This document shows, one piece after another, positions 27,070 through 40,480 of a stretch of DNA of 64,000 bases; the first letter of the stretch is position 1, and every line of letters starts with the position of its first letter. The notes under the pieces are model-generated. The model was not told the origin of the DNA. It did not search any database and saw only the letters and a list, made by a program, of their open reading frames with translations. The DNA is from Octopus bimaculoides (taxonomy: Eukaryota). A program made the position numbers and the translations under genes. The stretch covers positions 85,643,787 through 85,707,786 of the forward strand of contig NC_068985.1 in assembly GCF_001194135.2 (NCBI RefSeq). The letters run 5' to 3'.

Positions 27070-28444
27070 TGGTCGGAAGGGTGTGGCACTGGTAACAAGT
27101 GGGATATGGAGTGGATTGGAAAAAATACTTGCAACTCTCTTTCTCTCTCTCTCTCTCTCTTCCTTTCTCTCTCTATGTCCTATGTTCCTCATCTTTCTCA
27201 CACTTCCACCTAATGTCTACTCCACCACTTGGAGCTGGTGGAGAATATTCCTTGCTCCTCGTTACCTTCTCCCAGGCTAAAAGTTTTTTTTTTATTGTAT
27301 TTTGGCAGGGAACAGTACTCATGACCCCCTTTTACCCATTTCCAGGGGTTAAATGTATTACCCCTCTCACCAGAGGCCTGGTTTTACTATTTCTAACAGA
27401 GTTGATTCTATTCAATGTACTCAATAAGCAGGTGTTGGTGTTCAGCTTAGGAACAGGAATGGTTTCCTCGATGATCTGCCCCACCTTTCCCGCTTATCAA
27501 ATGGTACTGAAAAGAATTTACCCTAACCCAAACCACCCACCAGCTTTTGGGCAGTGGGTATTTACACAAAGTGTTGTGTTCTGGGATTGAACTTAAAACG
27601 ATGTAGTTGTGATGTGAACTTGTCAGTCACGCAGCCATATCTGTACCCCCTCATTTTGCTAAAGAAAGACCTTTGGAAGGGCATGAAGGATACAGATTCT
27701 TAAAATGCTTTCTTTGTTTTAGGGGTCAATGATTTCAAATAATGTTTTGTGGTTTATCTCTTTCTGTGTGTGCACGTGGCTGGGTATGCTTGTGTGTGTG
27801 TGTGTCTGTGTATGCATATGTGTGTGTATGCTTGAGTGTTTGTGTGCATAAGTATGTGTCTGTGTATACATACACATGTATGTGTGTGTGCCGGTATCTA
27901 CATTCTCTCTGTGTACATCAGTAGAGAGATATGTGCATGTGTGTAAGTGTGTCAGTTTATATTTGAAGAGGTGGAAACTGCATGGAAGCCTGTGAGATGG
28001 TTTGTGTCAGTAACTGACAGGGCTAGCCTTGTCACACAGTGTCTTCAAACTGGTGGAAGAGTACATCAAGGGTACACATGTCTGTGGGTTACACAGCCAC
28101 TTACACTTAAATTCAGTTACTAGGTAGCTACATCTCCCCACACACGCTCACACACACACACACGCACATGTCCAACCTATGCCAGTATGAAAAACAGATT
28201 TTAAATGATGAGTGACTTGGTTTGCCATCACTAAACTGCGAAGTCACTATCAACCTTTTCCTTATACAACTCAAAACGAATAACAAAACTCAACTAAAAA
28301 AATTTTGAGCAATCACTCAGTTTCATGTGAAATTGTTTGTATGTCTAGCATCACATAAAGACATTTAGGCATGTGTGTGTGTGTGTGTCCATTCGTCCAT
28401 CTGTCCATCCATCCATCTATCTATCTGTCTGTCTGTCTGTCTGC

Positions 28445-28478
<34 letters not shown>

Positions 28479-28511
28479 GTCTGTCTGTCTGTTTGCCTGT
28501 CTATTTATTTC

Positions 28512-28555
<44 letters not shown>

Positions 28556-28947
28556 CATGAACTGTACAGGTAATTTTACTTGAAAATTCCATGAAGGGCA
28601 CAAATGTCTATGGAATACTTAACTGCTTACAGCATTATTCAATGAACAAGCAGCACAGTTGTTCATCAGATGAAATACTTATTTTAGAAACTGGTGGAGG
28701 TCCATTGACAATGTGTGTGTGTATTTGTGTGTATGTGTCTCTACTTATGTGTGTGTGTGCCTGTGTGTGCGTGCATGTTTGCCTGTGTGTACAAATTCTA
28801 TTAAAAGCATCTAGATTTCTCTAATCCCACTCCAACCCCCACCCAGAGTATGAGGTGGAAAATATCTAACATTCTGTAAGTTTGGTGAGAGAGCCAAGCC
28901 CTTGTATCCTTTACAGAGGGGACTGCTAATACTCTCTCGCTTTCTCA

Positions 28948-28995
<48 letters not shown>

Positions 28996-29541
28996 GTATG
29001 TGTGTGTAGAGAGAGAGAGGGAGTGAGAGAGAGAAAGAGAGAGAATGGGAGAAGGTTGGGGTAAGTTGAAGCCTATAAAACATCACAACATTGATGAGGA
29101 GGCTGGCTCTTACACTGTTACGATGTCAGATTTTATACATCTGTAACATTCAGCTGCAGTGAATTACCGGTATTTAATTCTGTTGTCTCTGGAAGGATTG
29201 AAAAATATGGATGGGATTTGAATTAGAAACCTAGATTTAGAAACTGACAGGCATTTAGTCTAGCAACATTTTTTTTCCTTGGTTCAGAATTGTCAAAAGA
29301 TGGATGGAACTAACCGCATCACTTGTTAGCAGTCAGAGCATTTGTATCCTTCAAAACTTCTCTACTTCCCCAAATTCTCTGAAACTATTCCTGACATACT
29401 TCTATCCACCCCTTTCTTCTTCTTTACATTTACTGTTCATTCTTCTCTCTTTTTGCATTTTACTCTGTCTCCTATGAATGTGCTTCTCACTTTCATTCCT
29501 CTCTTTCTTTGAGCTCTGGTGTACCCGAGCATTAACAAGCT

Positions 29542-29544
<3 letters not shown>

Positions 29545-29610
<66 letters not shown>

Positions 29611-29820
29611 CTTTTCTGCTATAGGCACAAGGCTTGAAGTTTTTTTGTGGGGAGGGGATAGTTGATTACATAGACTTCAGTGCTTGACTGGTACTCTTTC
29701 ATTTGATTCTGAAAGGATGAAAGTCAAAGTTGACCTTGGCAGAATTTGAACTCAGAATATAAAGACAAATGAAATACCACTAAGCATTTCGCCTGGCGTG
29801 CTAATGATTCTGCCAGCTTG
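29545..29820 (-). mobile_element. SINE family D copy with long (TTA)n tail
   Basis: Reverse complement of the 52488 family; (AAT)n at 29545-29610. Confidence 0.8.
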
Positions 29821-29825
29821 CCACT

Positions 29826-30580
29826 TGGTCAGATAAATCATCTCCTTTCCATGGATGATGTAAAGGTTTATGCGAAAAATGAGAAACAGCTTAAACGTCT
29901 TGTACATCCTATCTGCATTCTCCCAAATGACGTAGGTATGGAATTTGGGATAGAAAAGTGCATTATATTGAAAATGAAACGAGGAAGATTTGAGAGAAGC
30001 CAGGGAATTGAAATGTCAAGTAGGAGGGAAACAATGAGAGCAACTGAGAAAGGACAATTGGTAGAAATACTTGGGAATACTGGAAGTGAATGAAATAAAA
30101 AAAATGAAGAAATGAAACAAATGACTGGTAGGGAGTACACAAGGAGAGTGAAACAAATATTTACAGTCAAAGCTAAATCAGTCAAAAAATCTTATTGAAG
30201 CAATAAATTCAAGAGCAGTACTCTTAATCAGATATGGAGTTGGGATTATAGACTGGACCAGAAACGATAAAAAGAAACTTGACAGGAAACACTAGAAAGT
30301 TGTTGACAATATATGGAGTACACCATCCGAAAGCTGATACCAACTGGTTGTACTTGAGGAGAGACCAGAGTGAAAGAGGCTTCGTAGCAATAGAAGGATG
30401 TGTACAGATGGAAAGTAAAAGCCTTGTACAGTATTTATCTAAAGTACAGAAAACTATCGAAGACTGTTAATAAAGATCAAGCATGTAATAAGAGAAAAGG
30501 ACAAGAATGAAATACAAAGAGACGTGTCAGACAGATCGAAGACAAACCACTGGATAGCCAGTTTTGGAAAGCCACTGAAG
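29826..30580 (+). mobile_element. R4/Dong-type LINE reverse transcriptase relic
   Basis: INHLLSMDDVKVYAKNE...DVGMEFGIEKC (YxDD motif decayed to SMDD), then frameshifted AINSRAV..IRYGVGIIDWT...TRKLLTIYGVHHPKADTNWLYLRRDQSERG. Confidence 0.9.
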
Positions 30581-33346
30581 ACATGTGTGGAATGAAATCT
30601 TGGGTTTGGTTAAAAAAGGGGTAATAAAAATCCCAAAATCTAATAAGTTTGTACCAGTCATGAGGCCAAACAACCCTGAAAGTTTCATGTGAATCCATCC
30701 AGCAGTTCTTGAGATATTCTACACAAGACCTTCATAATTTGGTGGAGCCAAATAAAGTGAAATCTTGCCGAAGAAACAAAACCATCACAAAAAATCTTAT
30801 GAAAGAAACCCCACAACCCAGCAACGTAGATGTAACACACACACCTTTGCCATCTTCTAGGCTAGGTAAGCTGGAACAATGTAAAATGAATTGCCTTGCT
30901 GAAGGAAGGACACAGAACACCACCTGACTCAGGAATCAAACCCATGACCTTACGATTGTTAGAGCAACTCCTTAACTACATGGTTGTAGTTATACTGAGA
31001 GGTAACAGCCACAATTCTTACAACACAGAAGACAAATATCAACTGTGTGCTCTATTTCCTGAAATAAAACAGAATGAAAATGCTCTCCATTAACTTAAGC
31101 AAAATTCACACAGTATTGTACAAAGCTGTCCTGCCTCACCAACCAAAAGATTATATCATACTCCACATGCCTTAGAAAATAGAACTGTCAAAAAAACTGT
31201 TCTGCAAGTTCAGTACTAAGACAGACTAGCAAGGGGCATCATTTCTTATTATCAAAATGGTTATCAAGTTATATGGAAGTGAGCTGAAGAGCAAAGGAAT
31301 GGCACCAATTGAGCTGTGGAATTTAAAATGATTATAGCAATAAATAAAACCGATTATCCAAAATCTTGGTTGTAATTGGTAAAACTGGAATGATACATTA
31401 GTCTGACAAATTCTCTAGAATTAATCCAAAGCATTTTTGGATAAGTTTACTTTTAATAAGCATACAATGTTAACCGTGCTGTGAGTTGTAAGCAAGCTAT
31501 TGACAAATTTTATACGTGCAGTCAAAAAAATGTGTGATTCATCACAGTTTCTTTTTGATCTTCATCAGAGAAAGAATTTTCATTTTCTGTCTACGGAGAT
31601 GGATTAGCAGCTGATTAGCTATTTTTAGAGTAAAGACAAACTAGGACTCGGCTTAACTGGCCTGTTTAATTTGCATAACAAGAAACATACAAAGTAATTT
31701 AATTAATTCGTAACGCAATAAATAGCATTCTCAATAATTTCAAATGTAAGGCAGACTTTTTTTTTTTTTAAATAAGTGTAAAAATGAGATGAACACCAAA
31801 GTTGATGAAATGAAGTTGAGTCAATATTTAAGATCTTCATAGAGTATTGTTACGAAGATTACAAGTGAGGGTCTGGGGGGAAGAAAAGAAGAAGCAGATA
31901 AAAAAAAAGGGGGTTTTATTGATTGTAGCTATGGATGCTTGTTGACAGGGAAACAAAAATATTTCTGTGAAAATGAAAATTTTAGCCTGTGTTAATATAG
32001 ATAGTTCTTTTGACAGTAAGAATGGTGAAGACACCACCAAATGCAAGAATTTCATTTGACATATTTCTTTACTGCTTATGTTTTTAACCTCTCAACTCAC
32101 TGCTGTGGTTCTTGGAATGAACCCTTTTTATAAGTTCCATAACAAACATGACTGGACAGAATTGTGTTGACATCATCATTTAATTAACAAAGTCTGTAAA
32201 ATTTCTCTTGTTTCTTATAAAGAATTTCCTGATTGGAAACAAGTCACAAGTTCAAATCAAAGTAAAGACCTGTTATATAAAAATACAATTTTAAATTCAT
32301 TGTCAAAAGTAAACAAAATAGTTATATGACAGGTTTGTATTTTCAGGGGCAGAAAAAGTGGACTCAATCTCACCATTTCTCCATTAGCCAAACAATAACC
32401 ACTCTTCTGGCCACAGAGAGATCAATCCCACTCTGTAATTACTGATAGTGTCTAAAAACTAGGGCTCAGATAAACTTATTTTATTTTTTTTAATTTTAAA
32501 TTATTCTATAAAATTTAAATCAGTGGCAGGTCCTTAGGTTCAAAAGCTCATTAGAGTCATTTTTACACCTACTTTTCCATGCTTGCATGGGTCTGACAAC
32601 AGTTTGTTGTGGTACAGTATTCTAAGCTGGATGTGCTTGTTGATACCAACCTCTTGATGCTGGGCAAAATGCTTAGTGGTATTTTATCCATCTGCATGCT
32701 TTGACTTCAAAGTCTGCTGAGGTCAATTTTGCTTTCATCCTTTTGGGGTCGATAAAATAAGTACCAGTTGAACACTGGGTTGATGTAACCAATTTACTCC
32801 TCCTCTTGTTAGCCTTGTGCCAAAACTTGAAACGAATAATCTCTCTACGTACTGAAGAACAAAGAAACCAGACATGGTAACATGGAGAACTGGAACCAAA
32901 CAATAGCATTTGAAGGAGTCACCTTTTGTTTAAAAAGATGACATAACACATCAAAACCTGTCAAGAAGCCTAAACATACTTTTACGGTGCCTTGTGGTAA
33001 ATGATGCCATTTCACATTGTCAATGGAGTTTTAGGTTACAACCAGTGAGAACCTGTGAAGATAAGAGGGGAAATATAAACTCATACAGACACATACATAC
33101 ACGCATGGACACATATATACACACACAGAGTAAAGCTGCCTAGTGTCACACAGGAAATAAAGGATTCAATGAGTCACCAGTTTGTTGTAGGACAATCATG
33201 GTGTTCCATAGAAAAATCTTTTTGGGAACAAAAGGTTTTTATTATTTGGAACAGAGACATATTTTTAAACTATTACAAGTATTTCTATAATCCACAATGA
33301 AAAGAATTAACTCACACACATTTATGCATATATATANNNNNNNNNN

Positions 33347-33387
<41 letters not shown>

Positions 33388-34409
33388 GTGTGCGTGTATG
33401 CACAAATATTTATGTATAGAAATACATGCATATTTATACGTGTATGTATGTGCGTATGTATAGATATACACGCACACACACATATATAAATATAGATAAA
33501 TATACACATACATGAACCTCATGCATGTGTGTATGTGTTTATGATATTACAAAAGATGTAAATTGTTGTTCTTTGAAAGAAGTCTTTTGCTGGAAGCAGC
33601 AGCCAAATCTCCCTCAAACCTTTATCAACTGAGAAAAATATAGATCCTGTGGTTTTGAGTTCATTTCACATCGGGTAAAACAGGATGGTCATGGCTGGTA
33701 TGCTATGGATCATAGAGATGCTCCAACAGAGTGGACCATGTCTTTCACCTCATGTACAACCCCCTCCCATCACACAACACATATGCACACACACACACAC
33801 TTACACAAGCATAAACACATAACATATAGACACGCACCTACACACAAAATACATAACACACACACATATATATATATATACACACACATATATATAAATA
33901 TATATATACATATATGCATACCATATCCACAGAGACCTACAAACACACACATGCATACTCAACATAGACACACCCACACACAGCATATGAAAACACACAC
34001 ACACACACATAAACACACACCTACACATTGATGAATATCTCTCCACACAATCGCTTTTAGTACAAACACCTTTCCATACACTCTGCCCCCTCCACATCCA
34101 TGCACACGCATATGCACATGTGCACGCACACACACACACACAGAGGCACACACCCACACACACATGCATCCTTCCTACACAAATCCTTCCCCACCCTCAC
34201 CACCAATCCTTCCCTCACCACATACATACATCCTCCTCCCCTTCCCTACACAACGTCTCCTCTCCCTGCCTCCTCCTCATCCTCCTCTAATTATCTTGCA
34301 TTAAGTGCAATAATGCAGTTTTTATAAACAAAATCAAAATAAAACGAGGTTTTTATTAATTAATTTCTTTCATTCTCCTTAAATGTCATCTAATCACATG
34401 ACTCATTGA

Positions 34410-34610
34410 ATCAACAAGGAAGTATCCGTGTAGTCATTCAACTTGTTAGAAATAGCAGCCAAATATCCCTCAAATTACACTCCACCACTTAGAAAAGAAG
34501 GAAAAATACTTTGAATAATGTAGTCCTAGATACACTGTGGCTGAATTAAAGCTGGTTAAACTTGGGATGAAATAACAATAACTGGTTGTTGTTGTTTAGC
34601 CCAGGGACAA
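34410..34610 (+). repeat. Dispersed repeat with core GAAATAGCAGCCAAAT.TCCCTCAAA; copies ~13345-13480, 15810-15955, 26420-26620, 33590-33715, 49620-49710, 61395-61480
   Basis: The core and downstream ...GATGGTCATGGCTGG..TGC recur at least seven times. Class not determined. Confidence 0.65.
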
Positions 34611-34737
34611 TACTTATTGAGTCACAGACTTATAATGAAAAGCGTTCCACCCATGGCTATCCTACCTATTAATAATCAGACGATACACGTATACACACGC
34701 ATATGTATATATACATACACACATGCACACTCACACA

Positions 34738-34776
<39 letters not shown>

Positions 34777-36422
34777 NNNNNNNNNNNNNNNNNNNNNNNN
34801 NNNNNNNNNNNNNNNNNNNNNNNNNNNNNNNNNNNCCCATGGCTATCCTACCTATTAATAATCAGACGATACACGTATACACACGCATATGTATATATAA
34901 ATACATACATGAACACTTGTGGGACAGTTTTTAAAGTTAGAGATTTTTGATATGGATGATATGGATGCAAAATTATTGATTTTAGGGGAAAGATGCAATG
35001 AATTAGACTGCTTCCAATATTTAAATCTATTTTTTTACTAAATCAGCCAGGACAGAAATGAAACTGTACCTGGCAACAGCTGGAGTCTCCATTATGCTGA
35101 ATACTTTCAACATTTTTAACTGAAACAACATAATAAATTTGTTATAATATATCTAATATTTATTGCTAATAACATTAACTGCTGAATATATTTTAAAAAC
35201 GTTGATGGCAAAAAATCCGTATAGACTCTAGTAAGATTAGAACCTAGAATTGAGAAATGTCGAAGTGAGTCCTGTGCAACATATCTTCTGGTGCTTTATC
35301 AATTTCCTCATCAACGACTCCACAATATAAACTGTATGCAATGCAAGAAACAAACTTCTTTGCTAGTATCAGCTTGTGTTGGTTGGTTATTATGAACACA
35401 CCCCAACCCAGTGGACGACCATTAAACTATATCGTTTCTAAATCTTTTCTATCGCGACTGTAATGGCCTCAGCTGTTCTTAAATTACTAATGTTATGTCA
35501 TCTCTATTTAATTCCACTTGTCTTTCCTTCTCCAGTGAAATCACCATTCTGCTTCACTGATTAATATAGATATATATTGACTGGTTGGTTATAGGGGAAG
35601 ACATCTAACTGTGGTAACATTCAAACAACACACACACACACACACACACACACAGGCATACACAATTTCTCTGGCGATATGTAAGCATTCAAACTTTGAA
35701 AATTCTGTCAGAGCACAAGTAATTTGAAAGAATTGCGGGGTACTTTAAGCATTGTGAGAGACAACAAGCAGAAAATGTGTACTTTGTACTTGTAAAAAAA
35801 AGAAACCAAGATAGACATGGTGACAACTGGTGAGGCTGGAATGTCATAATGCTGGCCATTACAACGAATGAGACAACGATTGAGTCATCTCTTCTGCCAC
35901 AGAAGAGATGGCAATGACTGATACATGTAATAAATTGTTGAGTTGAACCATACAACCATATTAACAATGGGAAATAAATGTTAAAATGTTGCTAACTATG
36001 ATGATGATGATGATTTCATATGTTCATTTATCCATTACAACAAAACCATCCACCCACCTACCTACTCTCCTACCTACCTGCCTATCTACCCTCCTACCTA
36101 CCTGCCTACATTCCTACCTGTCAGTCTGTCTGTCTGTCTGTCTCCTCTCTCTCTCTCTCTCTCTTTCTCTCCCTCTGTTTCTTAATCGTCTTAATGTTCA
36201 CTTTCCATGCTTGCAGAGTCAAACAGAATTTGTTAAGGCAGATTATCTACAGCCGGATGCCTTTCCTGTTGCCGACCACCACCTATTTGCAAGCAATGCA
36301 TTATTTCCGCATGGCCAGACATGCTCTTTCACGGAAGACAGGAAATGAAGGACACCAACTGTATGACAGCAGTCATGCTTATTTACTAACGTCACACAAT
36401 GTCAAGACCAGGAGACATGATT

Positions 36423-36458
<36 letters not shown>

Positions 36459-36602
36459 CAGATTCCATCTACCATATCCACTCACAAAACTTTGGTTATC
36501 TCAGGGCTGTGGTAGAAGACCCTTGTCCAAGGTGTCTCACTGTGGAATTGAACCCAAAACCACATAACTGAGAAGCAGACTTCTAAGCCACACAGCCAGG
36601 CC

Positions 36603-36660
<58 letters not shown>

Positions 36661-36662
<2 letters not shown>

Positions 36663-37420
36663 AGCTGAATGACCTGGTATTGCCTGGGTTACTGCTGTTC
36701 TTATTCAGATTAGTAAACAATAAATATGGAGAAATATTTTTTTCTCATAATTATTTCAAAATATGTATATTTTATCAAAAAATATCCAATTTGTAATGAT
36801 AGCAGAATCTAGAACTGAAAATCTGTCAATGTTGGAGCACCTCAGGATAAACAATATTCATTATGTAATTTTGCTTCCAATTTATTAGCAGCCAACATAG
36901 AGTTGGTCGTGGGAGACGCATGTGGTAGAAAGAGATGAAGTCCAACTACCATGAGGGATTTGTTAATTAAAATACCAAAACTTAGTTTGACTGGAAAGTG
37001 AAACCTCTTAAATTCATATGGAACATCTGTAGGTAGGAGAGGAAATCTTGGAATAAAGACATCTTCTTTGTGACTACCTGTTATGATTATAGCCTGTAGG
37101 ACATAGGGCTTCATGGAAGAAAAAATTAAGCGAGTTCCATTACACAGACAAGGTAGGTCAAGATTCCTAAGCAACATAATGGGAGCATCCAGCTTTAATG
37201 TCAAGTTATGTGGTGGCATCCCAGTGGGTTTGAGTGTGTTCAGAAATTCAACAGGGTATTGAACAACCTGACATTGATTGACTGTCATGTGAATTGATGG
37301 AGAAGTCATTTCTGATGTATCTGTTAACTTTTGAAGAAGTTCATGATTGAGTTTATCAACCATTTCATTAGTTGGAGCCAATATAGTTCTTTCACAGTTT
37401 ACATCAGTGTAATTGACAAT
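36661..37420 (-). mobile_element. Helitron 3' part: PIF1-family helicase pseudogene plus terminal hairpin and CTAG
   Basis: ERTILAPTN...YPVEFLNTLKPTGMPPHNLTLKLDAPIMLLRNL...LCNGTRL...VFIPRFPLLPTDVPYEFKRFHFPVKLSF..INKS. The QGQ of the KSQGQS motif is deleted and a frameshift follows. The minus strand ends ...CCAGGTCATTCAG-CTAG then T (36661-36664). Confidence 0.95.
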
Positions 37421-37771
37421 CACATATACACACATACACTGACATACATATATTAAAACAGACACACACAGACATACATTTACATAATGAACACGCAAAC
37501 ACACACACTGACAGACACATACACACACTCATATACAAAACGTGTCATGGTGGTGGTGGTGGTGGTATAAAATGTCCTTTACTATAATTGACTATAGAAA
37601 GAATATTTTTGAGAAAATGTTATATTGTTTTAATTGAAAGGAAAATAAAAATTACATGTTGACACTTGTGGGGTCTAATAGTATTACCTTGTAAAATTTG
37701 ATTTGATTTGGTGGACCCATTTGAGAATGCATAGGAAACAGACAGATAGTCAGCAAAACAGGGAGACAAAG

Positions 37772-37808
<37 letters not shown>

Positions 37809-37819
37809 TAAGCCAAGTG

Positions 37820-38422
37820 AGACCGTAAGCATGGCCTATGCCAGTGCAGCATAACCAGCCCATTTAAGAGCACCCTTCAATCATTGGGCAATAAACTGTG
37901 CTTGTGAAGACCTGTTGAGGCAAGTGAAGTCATTGCCATGGCCGATGCCAGTCCCGCCTGACTGGCACCCATATCGGTGGTACGTAAAAAGCACCACTTG
38001 AGCATGGTCAATACCAATGCTTCCTGACTGGTCCCGTGCTGGTGGCACATAAAAAGCACCATTCGAGCATGGTCATTGCCAGTGGTGCCTGACTGGCCCC
38101 CATGCCGGTGGCATGTAAAAAGCACCATTCGAGTGTGGTCGTTGCCGTCTGAATGGATCCTATGCTGGTGGCACATAAAAAGCACCATTCAAGCATGGTC
38201 GATACCAGTACCACCTGACTGGCCATCATGCTGGTGGCATGAAAAAAGCACCCACTACACTCTCAGAGTGGTTGGCGTTAGGAAGGGCATCCAACTGTAG
38301 AAACTTTTCCAGATCAGATTGGAGCCTGGTACAGTCTTCTAGCTTGCCAGCCTTCAGTAAAACAGCCCAACCCATGCCAGCATAGAAAGTGAACATTAAA
38401 CGAAATGATGATGATGATGATC
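37820..38422 (+). mobile_element. RTE-tail family copy with five internal 60-66 bp tandem units
   Basis: AAAAGCACC recurs, with its GCACC at 37991, 38056, 38122, 38182 and 38248. Ends with GGTTGGCGTTAGGAAGGGCATCC...(GAT)n. Confidence 0.8.
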
Positions 38423-38777
38423 ATGATATATATATATATATATANNNNNNNNNNNNNNNNNNNNNNNNNNNNNNNNNNNNNNNNNNNNNNNNNNNNNNNN
38501 NNNNNNNNNNNNNNNNNNNNNNNNNNNNNNNNNNNNNNNNNNNNNNNNNNNNNNNNNNNNNNNNNNNNNNNNNNNNNNNNNNNNNNNNNNNNNNNNNNNN
38601 NNNNNNNNNNNNNNNNNNNNNNNNNNNNNNNNNNNNNNNNNNNNNNNNNNNNNNNNNNNNNNNNNNNNNNNNNNNNNNNNNNNNNNNNNNNNNNNNNNNN
38701 NNNNNNNNNNNNNNNNNNNNNNNNNNNNNNNNNNNNNNNNNNNNNNNNNNNNNNNNNNNNNNNNNNNNNNNNNNNNN

Positions 38778-38822
<45 letters not shown>

Positions 38823-39314
38823 TACATATTCCTCAACATGGTCATTGAATACATTAAACTACAAAAATAAAATCAATTTATTATAAAATGAAAATAAAAT
38901 TATGAATCTCTGTTCTTAAAATTACTCTTTAGAAAACTTATGAATAAATATTTGCTTTCCTGTGTTAAGCTTTAATATGTTACTTTCTTCACAATAAGAA
39001 ACGCCACCTACCCACTTACCATCCATCTGTCTGTCTGTCATCACTGTTTTTACCTTGATCTTTACACAAGTCATCTAGACAACTCACAGGCACCGTCCAC
39101 TTCAGTTTCTTCCATTCAAGCATTCAGAAAATAGTTGAATGATGATTTTCTTACAGCCATTTTGAAAGTTTTATTGTTGAACGATTTGCCATGAATGAAT
39201 AATGTGTAATTCCACAAAACAAGTCAAAACAAGTGACACAGAAGCAACATTCTATTACAGTCTTTACCTCAATCTGTCACCAAAATACACTCTTCCATAT
39301 CTCTTGTTCTCTCC

Positions 39315-39356
<42 letters not shown>

Positions 39357-39415
39357 CATTGGTAAATCATAAATCCAACAAAGAAGCAGACTCTAAGTTA
39401 CAGAGCAGTATAGTA

Positions 39416-39620
39416 TAAAGATAGATAAGGCTTATCTAAGAGACAACCCAGAGTCTTACATCCATAAAGCGATTAACTTTACAGCTTATCATCAGACCCC
39501 AAAACCTGTTGGCATATGGCCTCTCTGGAGGTTTTGGGTTCAGATGATATGCTGTAAAGTTAAGCGCTTTATGGATGTGAAGCCCTGGGTAATCCCATAG
39601 ACCAGTCTTATCCATTTTTA
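39416..39620. mobile_element. Fold-back element or MITE, almost entirely inverted repeat
   Basis: Arms 39424-39506 and 39530-39612 are reverse complements at 68/83 positions, with a 23-nt loop. The match extends outward to TA dinucleotides. Confidence 0.7.
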
Positions 39621-40225
39621 TATAAATATAAATGGAATAACTACTATGAAGAATTGTGTAGAATATATTGTATAAAGTGTCATGGGTATACAAATGACTG
39701 TCTTTTGTTTTTCTAATTAAGATGCACCTCATAACAAGCAGAACACATCGACCATACATACTCTCTCTCTCTCACAGACATTTAATTAGTTATGGTTCCT
39801 ACAATTTTTGAATCATGACCTATTTTAGAGCCAATAAAAACATTTTTACTCTGTTTCTACATGAGGATGTATTTATATATTTCAAATTATAAAGCATTTA
39901 AACAACAGAAAATCATTAAACACATGCTTCTGTATTTAATAATTGAAGCATTTATCAAGACTTTATACTTGAATTTCAGTTTGTAGTTTTCAGATTTTTT
40001 AAATATTATTAGAGTGCACCTAGTTACATCTTGCAGCAGTTCAGTTTGTCACAACGCACTTTTCTCAAACTACTGGACTGGATCAATAGACCTGGTCTGC
40101 ATTTTCAAACTGATATATGAGTATGTTTGATGAAAATTTCTTAAATTTACCAGTTTGTTTGAAATCATTTAATGTTCAGTTCCATGCTAACCAACAATTA
40201 ACCATGATACTTCATCAAGAGACAT

Positions 40226-40480
40226 TACATAGGTATGTTTGAGGATAAATTCAAACAAAGGTTTTACAACAACAATACATGCCTCATTCCAAAATGGACT
40301 TCCACAATATGAGCAAGCTATATTCTGAAACTAAAACAGCACAATATGGACTATGAAATCAGGTGGAAGATTCTCAAAGGTTCCGGATCATACACCAGCA
40401 TGACAAGGAAATGTCAACTTTGTAGAGCAAATACATTGCAGGAAAGATTGGAAAGCTCTGGCTAAAGCATTAAATGTCAG
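40226..40480 (+). mobile_element. Penelope-like element GIY-YIG endonuclease relic
   Basis: YIGMFEDKFKQRFYNN, a frameshift, then SYILKLKQHNMDYEIRWKILKGSGSYTSMTRKCQLC. This resembles the YIG..TFKxRYxNH...LSKYIWxLK...W.I....CxLC pattern of PLE GIY-YIG domains. Confidence 0.75.

Noticed and set aside
37941-38260. CRISPR-like array
   Set aside because: Whole units are homologous with no unique spacers, there are no cas genes, and it sits inside a eukaryotic retroelement tail.
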